Shown piece after piece: positions 28,201-43,688 of a DNA stretch of 64,000 nucleotides (the first letter of the stretch is position 1; each line of letters opens with the position of its first letter). Source of the stretch: Nitrospirales bacterium. Its GTDB lineage: Bacteria > Nitrospirota > Nitrospiria > Nitrospirales > UBA8639. The stretch covers positions 2,656,001 to 2,720,000 of the forward strand of contig CBDBCZ010000018.1 in NCBI GenBank assembly GCA_965203295.1. The letters run 5' to 3'. The notes beneath the pieces were generated by a model. The model was given only the letters and a program-made list of their open reading frames with translations, did no database searches and was not told where the DNA came from. A program made the translations under genes and the position numbers.

Positions 28201-31200
28201 TATTTTTGTCCCATATTCCCTTATTAGAAGTTAGTTTATGTACACCTTGATTAGCCATTCGTGGACAGCATATTTCATGTAGAAGTGCATGTTATTGAGT
28301 ATCACACAGTATATGCCCACCACTCAGGTTATACATCTTGAGCGCCCATCGCGCTGTTACTGCAATTGTAGTGGCCTGACGTGCTACTGCTGCTGCAGCT
28401 GCTGTGCTCCCCATGAAATTGAAGTGCAGTCACCGCCTGGCACAGTGATTGGCTATGTGAGACAGGAACCCCTGGGAATCTTGAACCCCTGGTTCTCTAT
28501 CGAAAACGCCGAGGGAGATTGTGTGATGAAGATCAAGGGCCCAACCCTGGGATGTAGCTGCTATTCAGATGCCAACTTTGATGTAAGTACATTGTCCTAT
28601 CATTATTGTTCCAGTACAGCATGTTTGTGTTGTACTTCGTTGTTATTAAGGAAAATAGGCGAGTTGTTTCAAGACATGTCTCAATCTATGCAAGGAATTT
28701 GTTTTAAGGTGGAACCGCACTAACCTTCAAATCTTTTTTTGAATAATTATTGAAATCATATCACTCACATGGGACTAAGTAAATTTATTAACATTATGTG
28801 AACATTTTCCCATGGCGGCAGCTGGAATTAGCGGGGGGGGGGGGGTGTCGCTTTGATAGCGGCATTTTTTTGTTTGATATTGGCACTTTGATGTGGTTGA
28901 GCAGTTACGCTGATGTTACCTTTCAACACGTTATTGTAATTAGGACCATGTATAGTGGCAAGTAGGCTAATTATGGCTGAATAGGTAGCAGAAGTCAGCC
29001 AAAAACTCAGATGGATGCTGACAGATTATTGCCCATTTTTGGTAGGTTACGGTAATGACCTCTCTGGTCTGTAAGCTTGGACCATTTTTGTAACTAGGTG
29101 GGGTAAGCTAGCTGTGTGGAAATCTGTGGAGATTTTATAGAGAGTGTTTTAGTGGGTAATTGTAAGTAACCGAGGGGTGAGTGTGGGAAACTGCTAACAT
29201 AGATTTGCTGTGAGTGGATTGAAGTTTGTAAGGCACGGCTCGATTTTGCTGGACAAAAGTGGGTGGGCAGGTAATTGTTTTTGAAAGACAGGATAGCAAA
29301 AATGAGCATTTTAGGCTGGTTGGATGCATTTTGGGCTGTAAAGCTGGATTTAAAGTATTCCTGTGAAAAAAACAAAATACGTTTTTGGTCTGTAATATGT
29401 TCTTTGTAAGTACTGCTGATGTTGTCAGACTGTGGGTGGGGTTCTAGGAGATCTGATAATTGTTTATTTTAGTGAACAACCTGAAATCGCATTTTGGTGG
29501 TTTATTTTGCAGAGGGTGTAGTTAAATACATGATTTAACCCTTTGGCTTCCACGAGCGCCAAATGGCAGAATTCTAAGTATATTAGATTTCAGTGACTGA
29601 TCAATCTTACTGAACATCCACATTTTAGGTATTGTCTGCTGATGATTCACATTCTGTTGGCAGAATTAGCAAGCAATGGGGAGGATTGGCCAAGGAAGTT
29701 TGTAAGTTGTTTGATAAGATAACTATGCTTTCTTTCTGATCACAAGGTATAAGACTAGTTCACATGAATATTACTCATTAGTTTACCAAAGTATGAGAAG
29801 TATACTGAAAATGATCTTGTTAGCTTTTTACTCTGGCCATGCATCATTGGTCTTCAAGCAGCAGTTTCATTAATGTGGGGTGGTACAATCTGGTTACTTT
29901 TTGTGGGTATATACTACACGTACAAATAGAGAAAACACCTAGAGTTCACAATTACTGCATTTAATGTGTGTTATATAGTATAACATGTACTGTAGCTTTA
30001 CCTTTCATGTTTGGGGAATTCTGCTACATACATCAACATCCAGAAAGCCACTTCCTTCAAGAATAGAGCTGTTACGTTTTGAGTATTGGCATACCGTAAA
30101 CTCTGGTTGTTAGGCGCACCTCGCTATCAAGCGCATAATATTTATTAAGCGCATGCTTCCTTCCTGGTCGTGGGTATCATTTGTTGAGCGCATGCTAAGA
30201 AACACCAAACATTTTTGAGAACTCTCTAGGTATATACATGCCCGATTACGCTTCCGTCTACTTTAGCAAAGCAACCGCACGTCTGTCAGTGAGCGTTTCC
30301 AGATTCTTGGTTAACCAGAAGAATTTCGCCAAGTCGTGGAGTCCATAACTCCTTGAAGACATGATGGCCACGGATTACACTTTCCTGGAGGAGGATAAAG
30401 TTTTGAATACTTCGCCAATACTCGCCATCTCGCTACTCTCAGCTTTTTAAACACGACTACTGTCTCTGCACGCATCTTGCATTGTCACGTGTTGGGCGTA
30501 GCTTCAATAATTGCACCCCTATTAGCGCACATCCTCTATTAGGCGCACAGCTGCTTACCACCTAGAGTCATAAGCGCATGCGCTTGTTAACCAGAGTTTA
30601 CGGTATATCCCTTTAAATACGAGAATTAATATCGCAATCTTTGAGTGAGGTCACTTGTTTTTACTATAAATCCTTAATTACACCACCAAACAGGAAGTTG
30701 CCAGAGGTTATCCCCAGGCGCTTGAATGCTGAAGTCGCTGGTTCCCCACCATGCGCACCTTTTCCAGCATTTTCCCTAGCTCATTAATTATTCATGATGT
30801 TGCCAAAAGGCTACTATATATCAGGTTTAAAGCACCTTGCAGCTTTCAAAACTACACAAGCATTTACAGAGTAGAGAATTTACACTTTTCTTATTATTCA
30901 TTACTTGCGTTTTGTTCCCCCTCCATGCATGATCATATCAACTCACGTCAGTTCCCATTGATCTGGATGTTAAGATGAAAGCTGTGATGATTGGTGCGTG
31001 CTTCCTGATTGTGAGTGGTAATTGTATTTATGGTAGTTGTGTTCTTATTTCGCTTCAGGTTAGTGCTGTATGCCAGGGAGACCTGCATACACAGCAAAAC
31101 AATTAAAATGGCAACTATAAAACTGTAGCAGTGAATACCTAACTAATAAGGTACTTCTAGAAACAGTTAGTAGGAACATTTTGTGAAGTGGATTGCATGT

Positions 31201-32256
31201 TTTTGTAAAGACAAACGATTTCTTTGTACAGCTCAAGTCATAGTGCGGTCAAGGTAGACAAGTCTGATATTTCATATCTAAAAAAAAGCAGCCAGGAGCC
31301 TTTGAAGTGAACAGCTGAGGGTCAGCTCAGCAACTCATCAGGCCAAGTAACTGCCGCTATAGAACTATAATAGACCATTTGTCTCATCTGCACAAACAGA
31401 TAAGTCAAATATCGTACAGAGAATGTGCTAACTCAGCGGTTTCATTGTGTATAGTTAGAACCCTTGAAAACAGCATTATCATGCCTGCCTACCACTTTTT
31501 TGTTGTCTCACTAAAAAACCGCACTGGCCTGATGTAGGTTGGCCTACAAACCCATTAGTCGCGTAGAAATGTAATGTGTGACACAATAATACGCATGTGA
31601 TAACTATAAATGCACAAATAGACAGGTGCAGAAAACATTAAGCAATCCTAGGACCAGCCATTTTTGTGCTTTGTGCACACCCAGCTGTTATTAAATTCCC
31701 TCCACAAGAATTTTCATAACCAGGGTAGGATTCAGTACGACAAAATTTACCTCAACGTAGGCAGTTGCTGTTTGTTTGATGTAAAGAGAACGTGGGATAT
31801 CTGCTAGTGAATCCCAATAGTGGTTGAATTTATTCTGTTCTACATTTCAGTTTAAATTCACAAGATCAATCTCTACCGTAGTGCATGGCTTGATCCTCTT
31901 AAAGCTGAAAGTGGGTGATAATTTTGATCACTAGATTGAAACTATGAATGCACATGACAGTTAGCTCATACCACATAGTAGCTGTTTTATAGTGTAGTTA
32001 TATAGTACACTCCGGTGCAGAAGCTGGAATAAACGTTTTCATATGTAAAGATTTGTCGACTGTTTAGACTCTACTATTTACAGGAGACCTTTTACTGTTT
32101 TCTGTACAGGAATTTTAGGCCTTTAAACTCTTAACAGCAAACTGGGCTTTTCCTGTGCACTTATAGATACTGTAATCCTTCACTTTTATGTAGGACTTCA
32201 TGTTTTTTGAGAGACCTGTCAACCAAGGTGGTCACCATCACCATCACCATCACTGA
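4253..32256 (+). CDS. PLSCR: Phospholipid scramblase family protein, copy A (divergent, ~325 aa, lacks DADNFGIQ motif)
   Basis: Phase-compatible GT-AG exons 4253-4295, 7646-7789 (Pro-rich, PPPY), 22982-23164 ([16 protein letters not shown]), 24267-24344, 25948-26027, 28328-28582 (Cys-rich, EVQSPPG), 29629-29701 ([10 protein letters not shown]), 30952-31010 ([20 protein letters not shown]), 32194-32256 (DFMFFE..HHHHHHH*). Total 978 nt with no internal stop. Linking the first two exons across the 15-kb intron is inferred from phase and Pro-rich composition. Confidence 0.88.
4686..5107. repeat. Degenerate inverted-repeat (foldback) element
   Basis: AAAAGTCTTGATCTCTTT / AAAGAGATCAAGACTTTT and GTTACCAACACTTATCAAGG / CCTTGATAAGTGCTGGTAAC. 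Confidence 0.6.
5690..6045. mobile_element. MITE-like TIR element with internal tandem repeats
   Basis: TACATGTCCAGACATCGAGAAT..CTTATCGCCTT vs AAGGCGATAAG..ATTCTCGATGTCTGGACATGTA; internal duplicated GGACTCTGGGACATC unit. Confidence 0.7.
6447..6999 (+). mobile_element. Non-autonomous Helentron/DINE-1-like element
   Basis: 5' TTACCCGC stem-loop, (GTC)n tract, 3' GGGTATGTCTCTGCTAGAGAC hairpin; same family as 19902-20373 and 57232-57751. Confidence 0.7.
7265..7546. repeat. Inverted repeat pair, each arm carrying a hammerhead-like motif
   Basis: 7265-7372 is the reverse complement of ~7435-7546; the second copy is degenerate (CTGAAGA...CAAA). Confidence 0.8.
7309..7350 (-). ncRNA. Minimal type-I hammerhead ribozyme motif (Penelope-like-element type)
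   Basis: Minus strand GCCA-CTGATGA-A-GACTAC(tgtatg)GTAGTC-GAAA-CGTT-TGGT: catalytic core, perfect stem II, palindromic stem III. Confidence 0.65.
8112..8627. repeat. Tandem duplication, ~252-bp period, 2 copies
   Basis: Units start CACACTGGT at 8112 and 8364; near identical. Confidence 0.9.
8750..9310 (+). mobile_element. Decayed LINE, APE endonuclease fragment
   Basis: VVLLGDFNTRVG..LISFLNEVEL..GR..EPQWTR; truncated at ~9310 by a hairpin-ended repeat. Confidence 0.75.
9774..9851 (-). other. tRNA-like sequence (anticodon loop CG-AGT-AT, Thr-like); probably SINE head or pseudo-tRNA
   Basis: TAGCTCAATTGG A-box/D-arm, TCTGA-7nt-TCAGA anticodon arm, GGTTCCATCCC degenerate T-arm, weak acceptor stem, T-run just downstream. 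Confidence 0.55.
10147..10653. mobile_element. MITE, CCGTA-ended, right end truncated
   Basis: TA|CCGTATAGTTGGAAAATTTGGCGAG with inverted CTCGCCTAATTTTCC; multiple TTTGGCGA subterminal repeats. Confidence 0.6.
11900..12000. repeat. 101-bp hairpin
   Basis: TTGCAGCCATAGTTCACGTGAGATCAT...ATGATCTCATGTGAACTATGGCTGCAA. Confidence 0.8.
12159..12813. repeat. Inverted pair of repeat fragments
   Basis: 12159-12212 and 12365-12500 are reverse complements of ~12760-12813 and ~12620-12765. Confidence 0.7.
13125..15560 (+). mobile_element. Decayed LINE, end of endonuclease plus reverse transcriptase (continuation of 8750-9310)
   Basis: DHFLVW, YVFFLDVQK, GVAQG, MFADDFVG, IEYGSEV motifs amid many stops and frameshifts. 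Confidence 0.8.
17044..17184. mobile_element. TAG-ended MITE, 9-bp TSD
   Basis: GTTACTGAT|TAGCCTCGTACCCA...TGGGTAGGAGGCTA|GCTACTGAT. Confidence 0.75.
18571..19659. repeat. Compound palindromic element with several internal hairpin modules
   Basis: Outer inverted similarity 18571-18630 vs ~19610-19659; 177-bp hairpin 18780-18956; degenerate modules ~19090-19130 and ~19250-19295; short palindromes 18648-18720. Confidence 0.8.
19902..20373 (+). mobile_element. Non-autonomous Helentron/DINE-1-like element
   Basis: TTACCCTGC 5' stem-loop, (TGTC)n microsatellite, 3' subterminal GGGGTA plus GTCTCT-GCT-AGAGAC hairpin, ends CTAG|T. Confidence 0.75.
20807..21290 (-). mobile_element. Helitron-like non-autonomous element (copy in right arm ~63310-63793)
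   Basis: Shares the 3' end GAGGCATAG.GTGCTTGC..CCTAG|T and internal blocks with 53290-53740; the 5' boundary is approximate. Confidence 0.55.
23995..24050. mobile_element. 56-bp TAG-ended micro-MITE with 9-bp TSD (copy at 59755-59810)
   Basis: CTCCTGAGC|TAGCCTCGTTCCCAGGC...GCCTGGGAACGAGGCTA|CTCCTGAGC. Confidence 0.85.
24937..25537. mobile_element. TAG-ended TIR element with 9-bp TSD (AcademH-like), left-arm specific
   Basis: ATGACTTAC|TAGCCTCGTGCCCAGGCTCATTG...CAATGAGCCTGGGCACGAGGCTA|ATGACTTAC; absent at the matching right-arm site ~58870. Confidence 0.85.
30094..30603. mobile_element. MITE, CCGTA-ended, TA TSD (split copy at 45396-45854 plus 53741-53791)
   Basis: TA|CCGTAAACTCTGGTT...AACCAGAGTTTACGG|TA. 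Confidence 0.85.
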
Positions 32257-32941
32257 TACTAAGTTATGGTCCTTGTTTATTATGATGGTAGACAATAGAG
32301 AACATAGTGTGTACATTTTTGACAACCATTAATTATAATAAATGTAGTGTTGTATGTACTACTGGAAGTTTGTTCTTCAAAATGAATTGTACCTGTATGT
32401 GTGTTATAGCTAAAGAATTAGTAAGCAGGAAACAACAGTTTTTGTTGCACAAGGAATATTATACTGTACTTTGTTGTGACCTTGCAACTATCTGCTAAAG
32501 TGTCGACTTACAAAAGATTTTGGTTGATAAATCAGCTATTTGAAACAACCAGTAAGGGACTATATTCCAAGAAAAAGCTTTCAAGGGAACTTGACTATTC
32601 CAGCCCAAGAGAAGATAGTTTTGCTGCTGTACAAATATAAAAATCAATAAAAATGAAAGGGATGGAATCGCAAAAAAGTAACTAAACAAGGTAGGAATAA
32701 CACGGCCGAACTTTCAAGGATTACCATCCCTACATCTTGCCAACCACACACACACCACGATCCCCACCATGCATGGCACACCATGTAGCTTCCTGTGTAT
32801 GTCTTAATTAATTCTGCTCTTACGTGATGTAATGTTAATTGCAATTGTGTTAGAATAATTATGACCATGCAGTTGTATAGGATTGCATGTGTGAGAAGTG
32901 TCATTATCTTAACTGTATAAGGAGGTGTTTGGTGATAGATA

Positions 32942-39078
<6,137 letters not shown>

Positions 39079-39483
39079 TAGTAGGTATCTGTGAGGCAGG
39101 GAGTGCTGTGTTGATATATAGTGCATGCAACAGTGTATGGTATGGTTGTAAGTGTAGCTACCTGTATAGTGTCAGTTATGAAGTGGTTACATCCTATCAT
39201 GGAGTACGGTAGTACTCCATATGTAGGGTGGCACGGGAAAAAAGTAGCGTCCCCATATAACGCGTACAAAATCATGCGACGACTCAATCCAATGTATACA
39301 AAAGGTGCAAAAACAAGTCATGTAGGGATGCACTTCCACCAAAAACACTTCCCCAAAAACCAATGACACAAGCGACAATGCACACCGCAATGCATGCACA
39401 GACTGCCCACACATCACAGCACAATGCATTTATTGTAGCTACCATCCCTACATCTTTCCAACCACACCCACCACAATCGTGTA

Positions 39484-41661
39484 TATATGTTCCGCGCGAA
39501 CCAGGAATTTGCGCAATTCTAGGATTGCGCTGCGCAAAATAGGAATCCGTACTTTCGTAAGGTCGTACTTATTACGTACAATACCAGACATCCAAGACCT
39601 TCTTCTTCCACTGGAGGACGCCATTCATCATCACTTCATTCCAGCTCTGACTGGTCGTCCACCTTGCTCATCCCTGGAGAGGGACTTGCTTTCCCTCCCT
39701 GTTAGACTTGGAGGGTTGGGCCTACGCAATCCTGCAGCTGAATCTCCAAGCATTTTTCAGGCCTCACAACACCTCACAGCCCCCTTGGTAGCCCTGATAG
39801 TTGCCCAAGAAGCAAAACAAATCGTTGACCCCGATGTCACCGCCACCATCAAGAAGAACATCAAGACGTCCAATCGCCTGAGGCAGGTTGAGCTGGCCAG
39901 GAGCATCTATGACCAACTCCACCCTCAGCTCAAGCGATGTGTCGACCTTGCTCAAGAAAAAGGCTCATCTTCATGGCTCTCTGCTCTCCCACTTGAGGAA
40001 TACGGACTCCACCTGCACAAAGGGGAATTCCGAGATGCATTATGCCTGAGATATGGCTGGAATCTGAGCTGCACACCTCAGACTTGCAGCTGTGGAGCCC
40101 GATTTTCCATCGATCATGCTATGGTCTGTCACATGGGTGGATTTCCAACAATACGCCACAATGAGCTGCGCGACATCACTGCCACCCTACTTACAGAAGT
40201 CTGTCACAATGTGACCACCGAGCCAACTCTCCAACCACTCAGCGGGGAAAACTTCGATGCACGTTCTATACGAACACAAGTGATGGTGCCCGAGTTGACA
40301 TTCGTGCGAGGGGATTTTGGAACGCATCACAGGATGCATTCTTTGATGTACGGGTTTTTTACCCCAACGCGTCCAGTAATCGTTCCACATTGACCTCTTC
40401 AGCCTACAGGAGACACGAGCAAGCAAAGAAGCGCGAGTACGGGCAACGCATCAGAGAAGTAGAGCATGGCGTGTTCACTCCCCTGGTGTTCTCATCCACA
40501 GGAGGCATGGGTCAGGAGGCAACCATCTTCTACAAGCGATTGGCAAGTATGATCTCGCAGAAACGACAACACCCATATCCAACCGTGATGGGGTGGCTGC
40601 GCTGCAGGTTGTCATTTGCAGCATTACGATCTGCCATTATGTGCATTCGCGGTAGCAGGTCATCCTTCCATCGCCCCATCCGTGGGGGAGACGTGGACAT
40701 CACCCTCGCAACATCCGAGGGGCGAATCCCCACTTGAACCTTCACTTTGTGCATAATTGTTTATTTTCTATTGTCTGACTTTTATATCGGTGTTTAGTTG
40801 TTATTGGTACTGCGTTTGTATTTTATATGCTGTAGAGCAGCAAATAAAAAAGTGTATTGTATTGTATTGTATGTTGTATTGTATTGTATTGTATTGTATT
40901 TCCTGACCCATTAAAAAAAATCCGTACTTTGGCGCGCAATCCCGGGATTGTGCAATTTTCCGCGCGAAGTTGGAATACGTTGCGCAAACCTTGCTTCGCG
41001 CAAATTCGTTCGCGCAAAGTTAGAATCAGTTTAATATAAAGTGTATGCAGAGTCAAAGTAGAACAGCAAAGGGATAAACAAAAGGATAAAAAGTCTCAAG
41101 TGCTATAAAAACAAAAACTACTGACAATGGTTACAAAACCAATCGCCAACATGACATGTATTAAAATCTACACATCTGTAGTGAAACCAGTTGTCACAAC
41201 CATCACCGGCAACTACATTGTCAAATAATTCTGGCAATCTATATACAATCACAGTATAGTGGGATAAATGAAACTGATGGCTTGCAAGCCCTAGAAGTTT
41301 TTTGTGAAGTAGTAGGGAACTTGCTAAGGCAGTTGTTCTCGAAACAGGTCAAGGTGGCTGCGTAGTATATGAACACACAAAGTAATTGGACATACCATCA
41401 GATGTAACTGGTGTAAACCCTCCATTCTGACTCAGAATGGAGGGCTTACACTCTCAATGAACGACACTCTGCAAAACTCTTCGAACTTCTGCCTTTGGCT
41501 GGCCATTTCTGACACTGCATTACTGTTCGAGCGTGGCATTTTTATAGCTAGCTTAGACATGTCAATGGTCATAGGTTTGCGCAACATCGCGCGTGCGCAA
41601 AAGTTGAATGGGCTGCGCAATCCCGGGATTGCGCAAATTCCTGGTTCGCGCAGAACATATA
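39484..41661. mobile_element. Non-autonomous TIR element (MITE) hosting the CRE-like insertion
   Basis: TIRs TATATGTTCCGCGCGAACCAGGAATTTGCGCAAT / ATTGCGCAAATTCCTGGTTCGCGCAGAACATATA in TA-rich flanks; internal TTGCGCAA repeats. Confidence 0.8.
39556..40918 (+). mobile_element. 5'-truncated non-LTR retrotransposon with restriction-like endonuclease (CRE-clade-like)
   Basis: LPVRLGGLGL, KGSSSWL, CSCG..HAMVC, IRHNELRD, RVDIRARGFW..FFDVRV, FTPLVFSSTGGMG; frameshift near 40265; (TATTG)n 3' tract, short poly-A, 12-bp TSD AATCCGTACTTT at 39544-39555 and 40919-40930. Confidence 0.88.
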
Positions 41662-43688
41662 TATATGAGATGCGAACAGTGGTAGTGTAATTTGGTGTGT
41701 GTGTATTGCTAATGACTGAGTATGTTGGTGGTTGTGGAAGGTAGCTGAAAATGTGCATGGTATACATGTTTGACTAGTGAGTCATTTAGAATGGAGTCAT
41801 ATATAAAAAAATTAAGTTTGTATAAGGACCTTGGTAGTGTTTGGTTGTGCCTGGTTGAGTGTTATGAAGTTTTTTGAGTGTGCTGTTAGTGTTTGTGTGT
41901 GCAGATTCTTTGTAGGGGAGGTCTACGCGGGTGTGTTTGGTAAAGTGTAGATTTAGTGTTGTCAACTTTGTTGAGCGTGTTGTATGGCGGTTGATGTTGG
42001 TTGTGTTTGTCGTGTGTGTTGGTGGCAGTGTGGTGTTATGAGGAACTGTTCTGCTTGGTTTGTGCTTGATTTGTGGAGCAAAGTGCATTTTGATGGGAGT
42101 ATAGTGTTCCTGTGAAGGTTTGGGTTGGTTGTAGTGTGGAGTATTGTGTTTTGTGAAGTAATGATTGTAAGGGTGGTTGTTGGATGGAGACGAGGTGACG
42201 TGGTTGACAGTGTGATTGTGGATGGTTGTGTGTGTTGAAGGCAGTATTGGGTGTGCAGTTGACTATGGGGGCGTGGTACTGATTGTGGTGGGTGTGCTTG
42301 GAAAGAATCAGCCATGTGAGTAAGCGTATATTCTAGCTAAAACTTCGAGTGACTTACAAAGTAGGAAATGCAGCTCAGGCCTGGACAGCTGGCACGGTCA
42401 ATGGTAGGCGTTAATAATAGACAAACACGCGAAGTCTGCAGTTTCTAAAACCCGGAATGGAACAGTAATCATTAAATGGCGTGGAACAGCAAGCGTCCCT
42501 TCGAGAGCACTCGTGAATCACTGCTGAACCGGTTCGAGTTCTTTGAAAACGTTATACTGCGAGTGCAATATCCTAGCTTGTTCGCGCTTGAATCATTGCA
42601 GTCGCTTCGGCCATTATCGTGCTAGCCTGGCTGAAGTAAGAAGAAACAAAGAAGTAGTCAATGAGGCCCCTCCCCCCCCCCCCCCCCCCAGTGTAACGAC
42701 TTACTGGTCTGCTAATCCAGCAAAGTTTTCTAGCACCACTAAGTCTTAATGCTGATGAAAACACTCGTAAAAGCCTATGACTATAATCAGAGCCGAGTTG
42801 TGACATGAGTCGTACGCGTTATTTGGGGACGCTACTTTTTTCCCGTGCCACCCTACATATGGAGTACTACCATACTCCATGATAGGATGTAACCACTTCA
42901 TAACTGACACTATACAGGTAGCTATACACTTACAACCATACAATACACTGTTGCATGCACTATATATCAACACAGCACTCCCTGCCTCACAGATACCTAC
43001 AATCTATCACCAAACACCTCCTTATACAGTTAAGAGAATGACACTTCTCACACATGCAATCCTATACAACTGCATGGTCATAATTATTCTAACACACTCG
43101 CAATTAACATTACATCACGTAAGAGCAGAATTAATTAAGACATGCACAGGAAGCTACATGGTGTGCCATGCATGGTGGGGATCGTGGTGTGTGTGTGGTT
43201 GGCAAGATGTAGGGATGGTAATCCTTGAAAGTTCGGCCGTGTTATTCCTACCTTGTTTAGTTACTTTTTTGCGATTCCATCCCTTTCATTTTTATTGATT
43301 TTTATATTTGTACAGCAGCAAAACAATCTTCTCTTGGGCTGGAATAGTCAAATTCCCTTGAAAACTATTTCTTGGAATATGGTCCCTTACTGGTTGTTTC
43401 AAATAGCTGATTCATCAACCAAAATCTTTTGTAAGTCGACACTTTAGCGGATATATATACACGTTGCAAGGCCACAACAAAGTACAGTATAATATTCCTT
43501 GTGCAACAAAAACTGTTGTTTCCTGCTTACTAATTCTTTAGCTATAACACACATACAGGTACAATTCATTTTGAAGAACAAACTTCCAGTAGTACATATA
43601 ACACTACATTTATTATAATTAATGGTTGTCAAAAATGTACACACTATGTTCTCTATTGTCTACCATCATAATAAACAAGGACCATAAC

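Noticed and set aside
41786..42315. Thr/His-rich minus-strand ORFs
   Set aside because: By-product of compositional skew; no domain or splice support.
39081..43000. Separate TIR transposon bounded by 39081-39286 / 42806-43000
   Set aside because: These inverted sequences are the continuation of the duplication arms beyond the pogo insertion.
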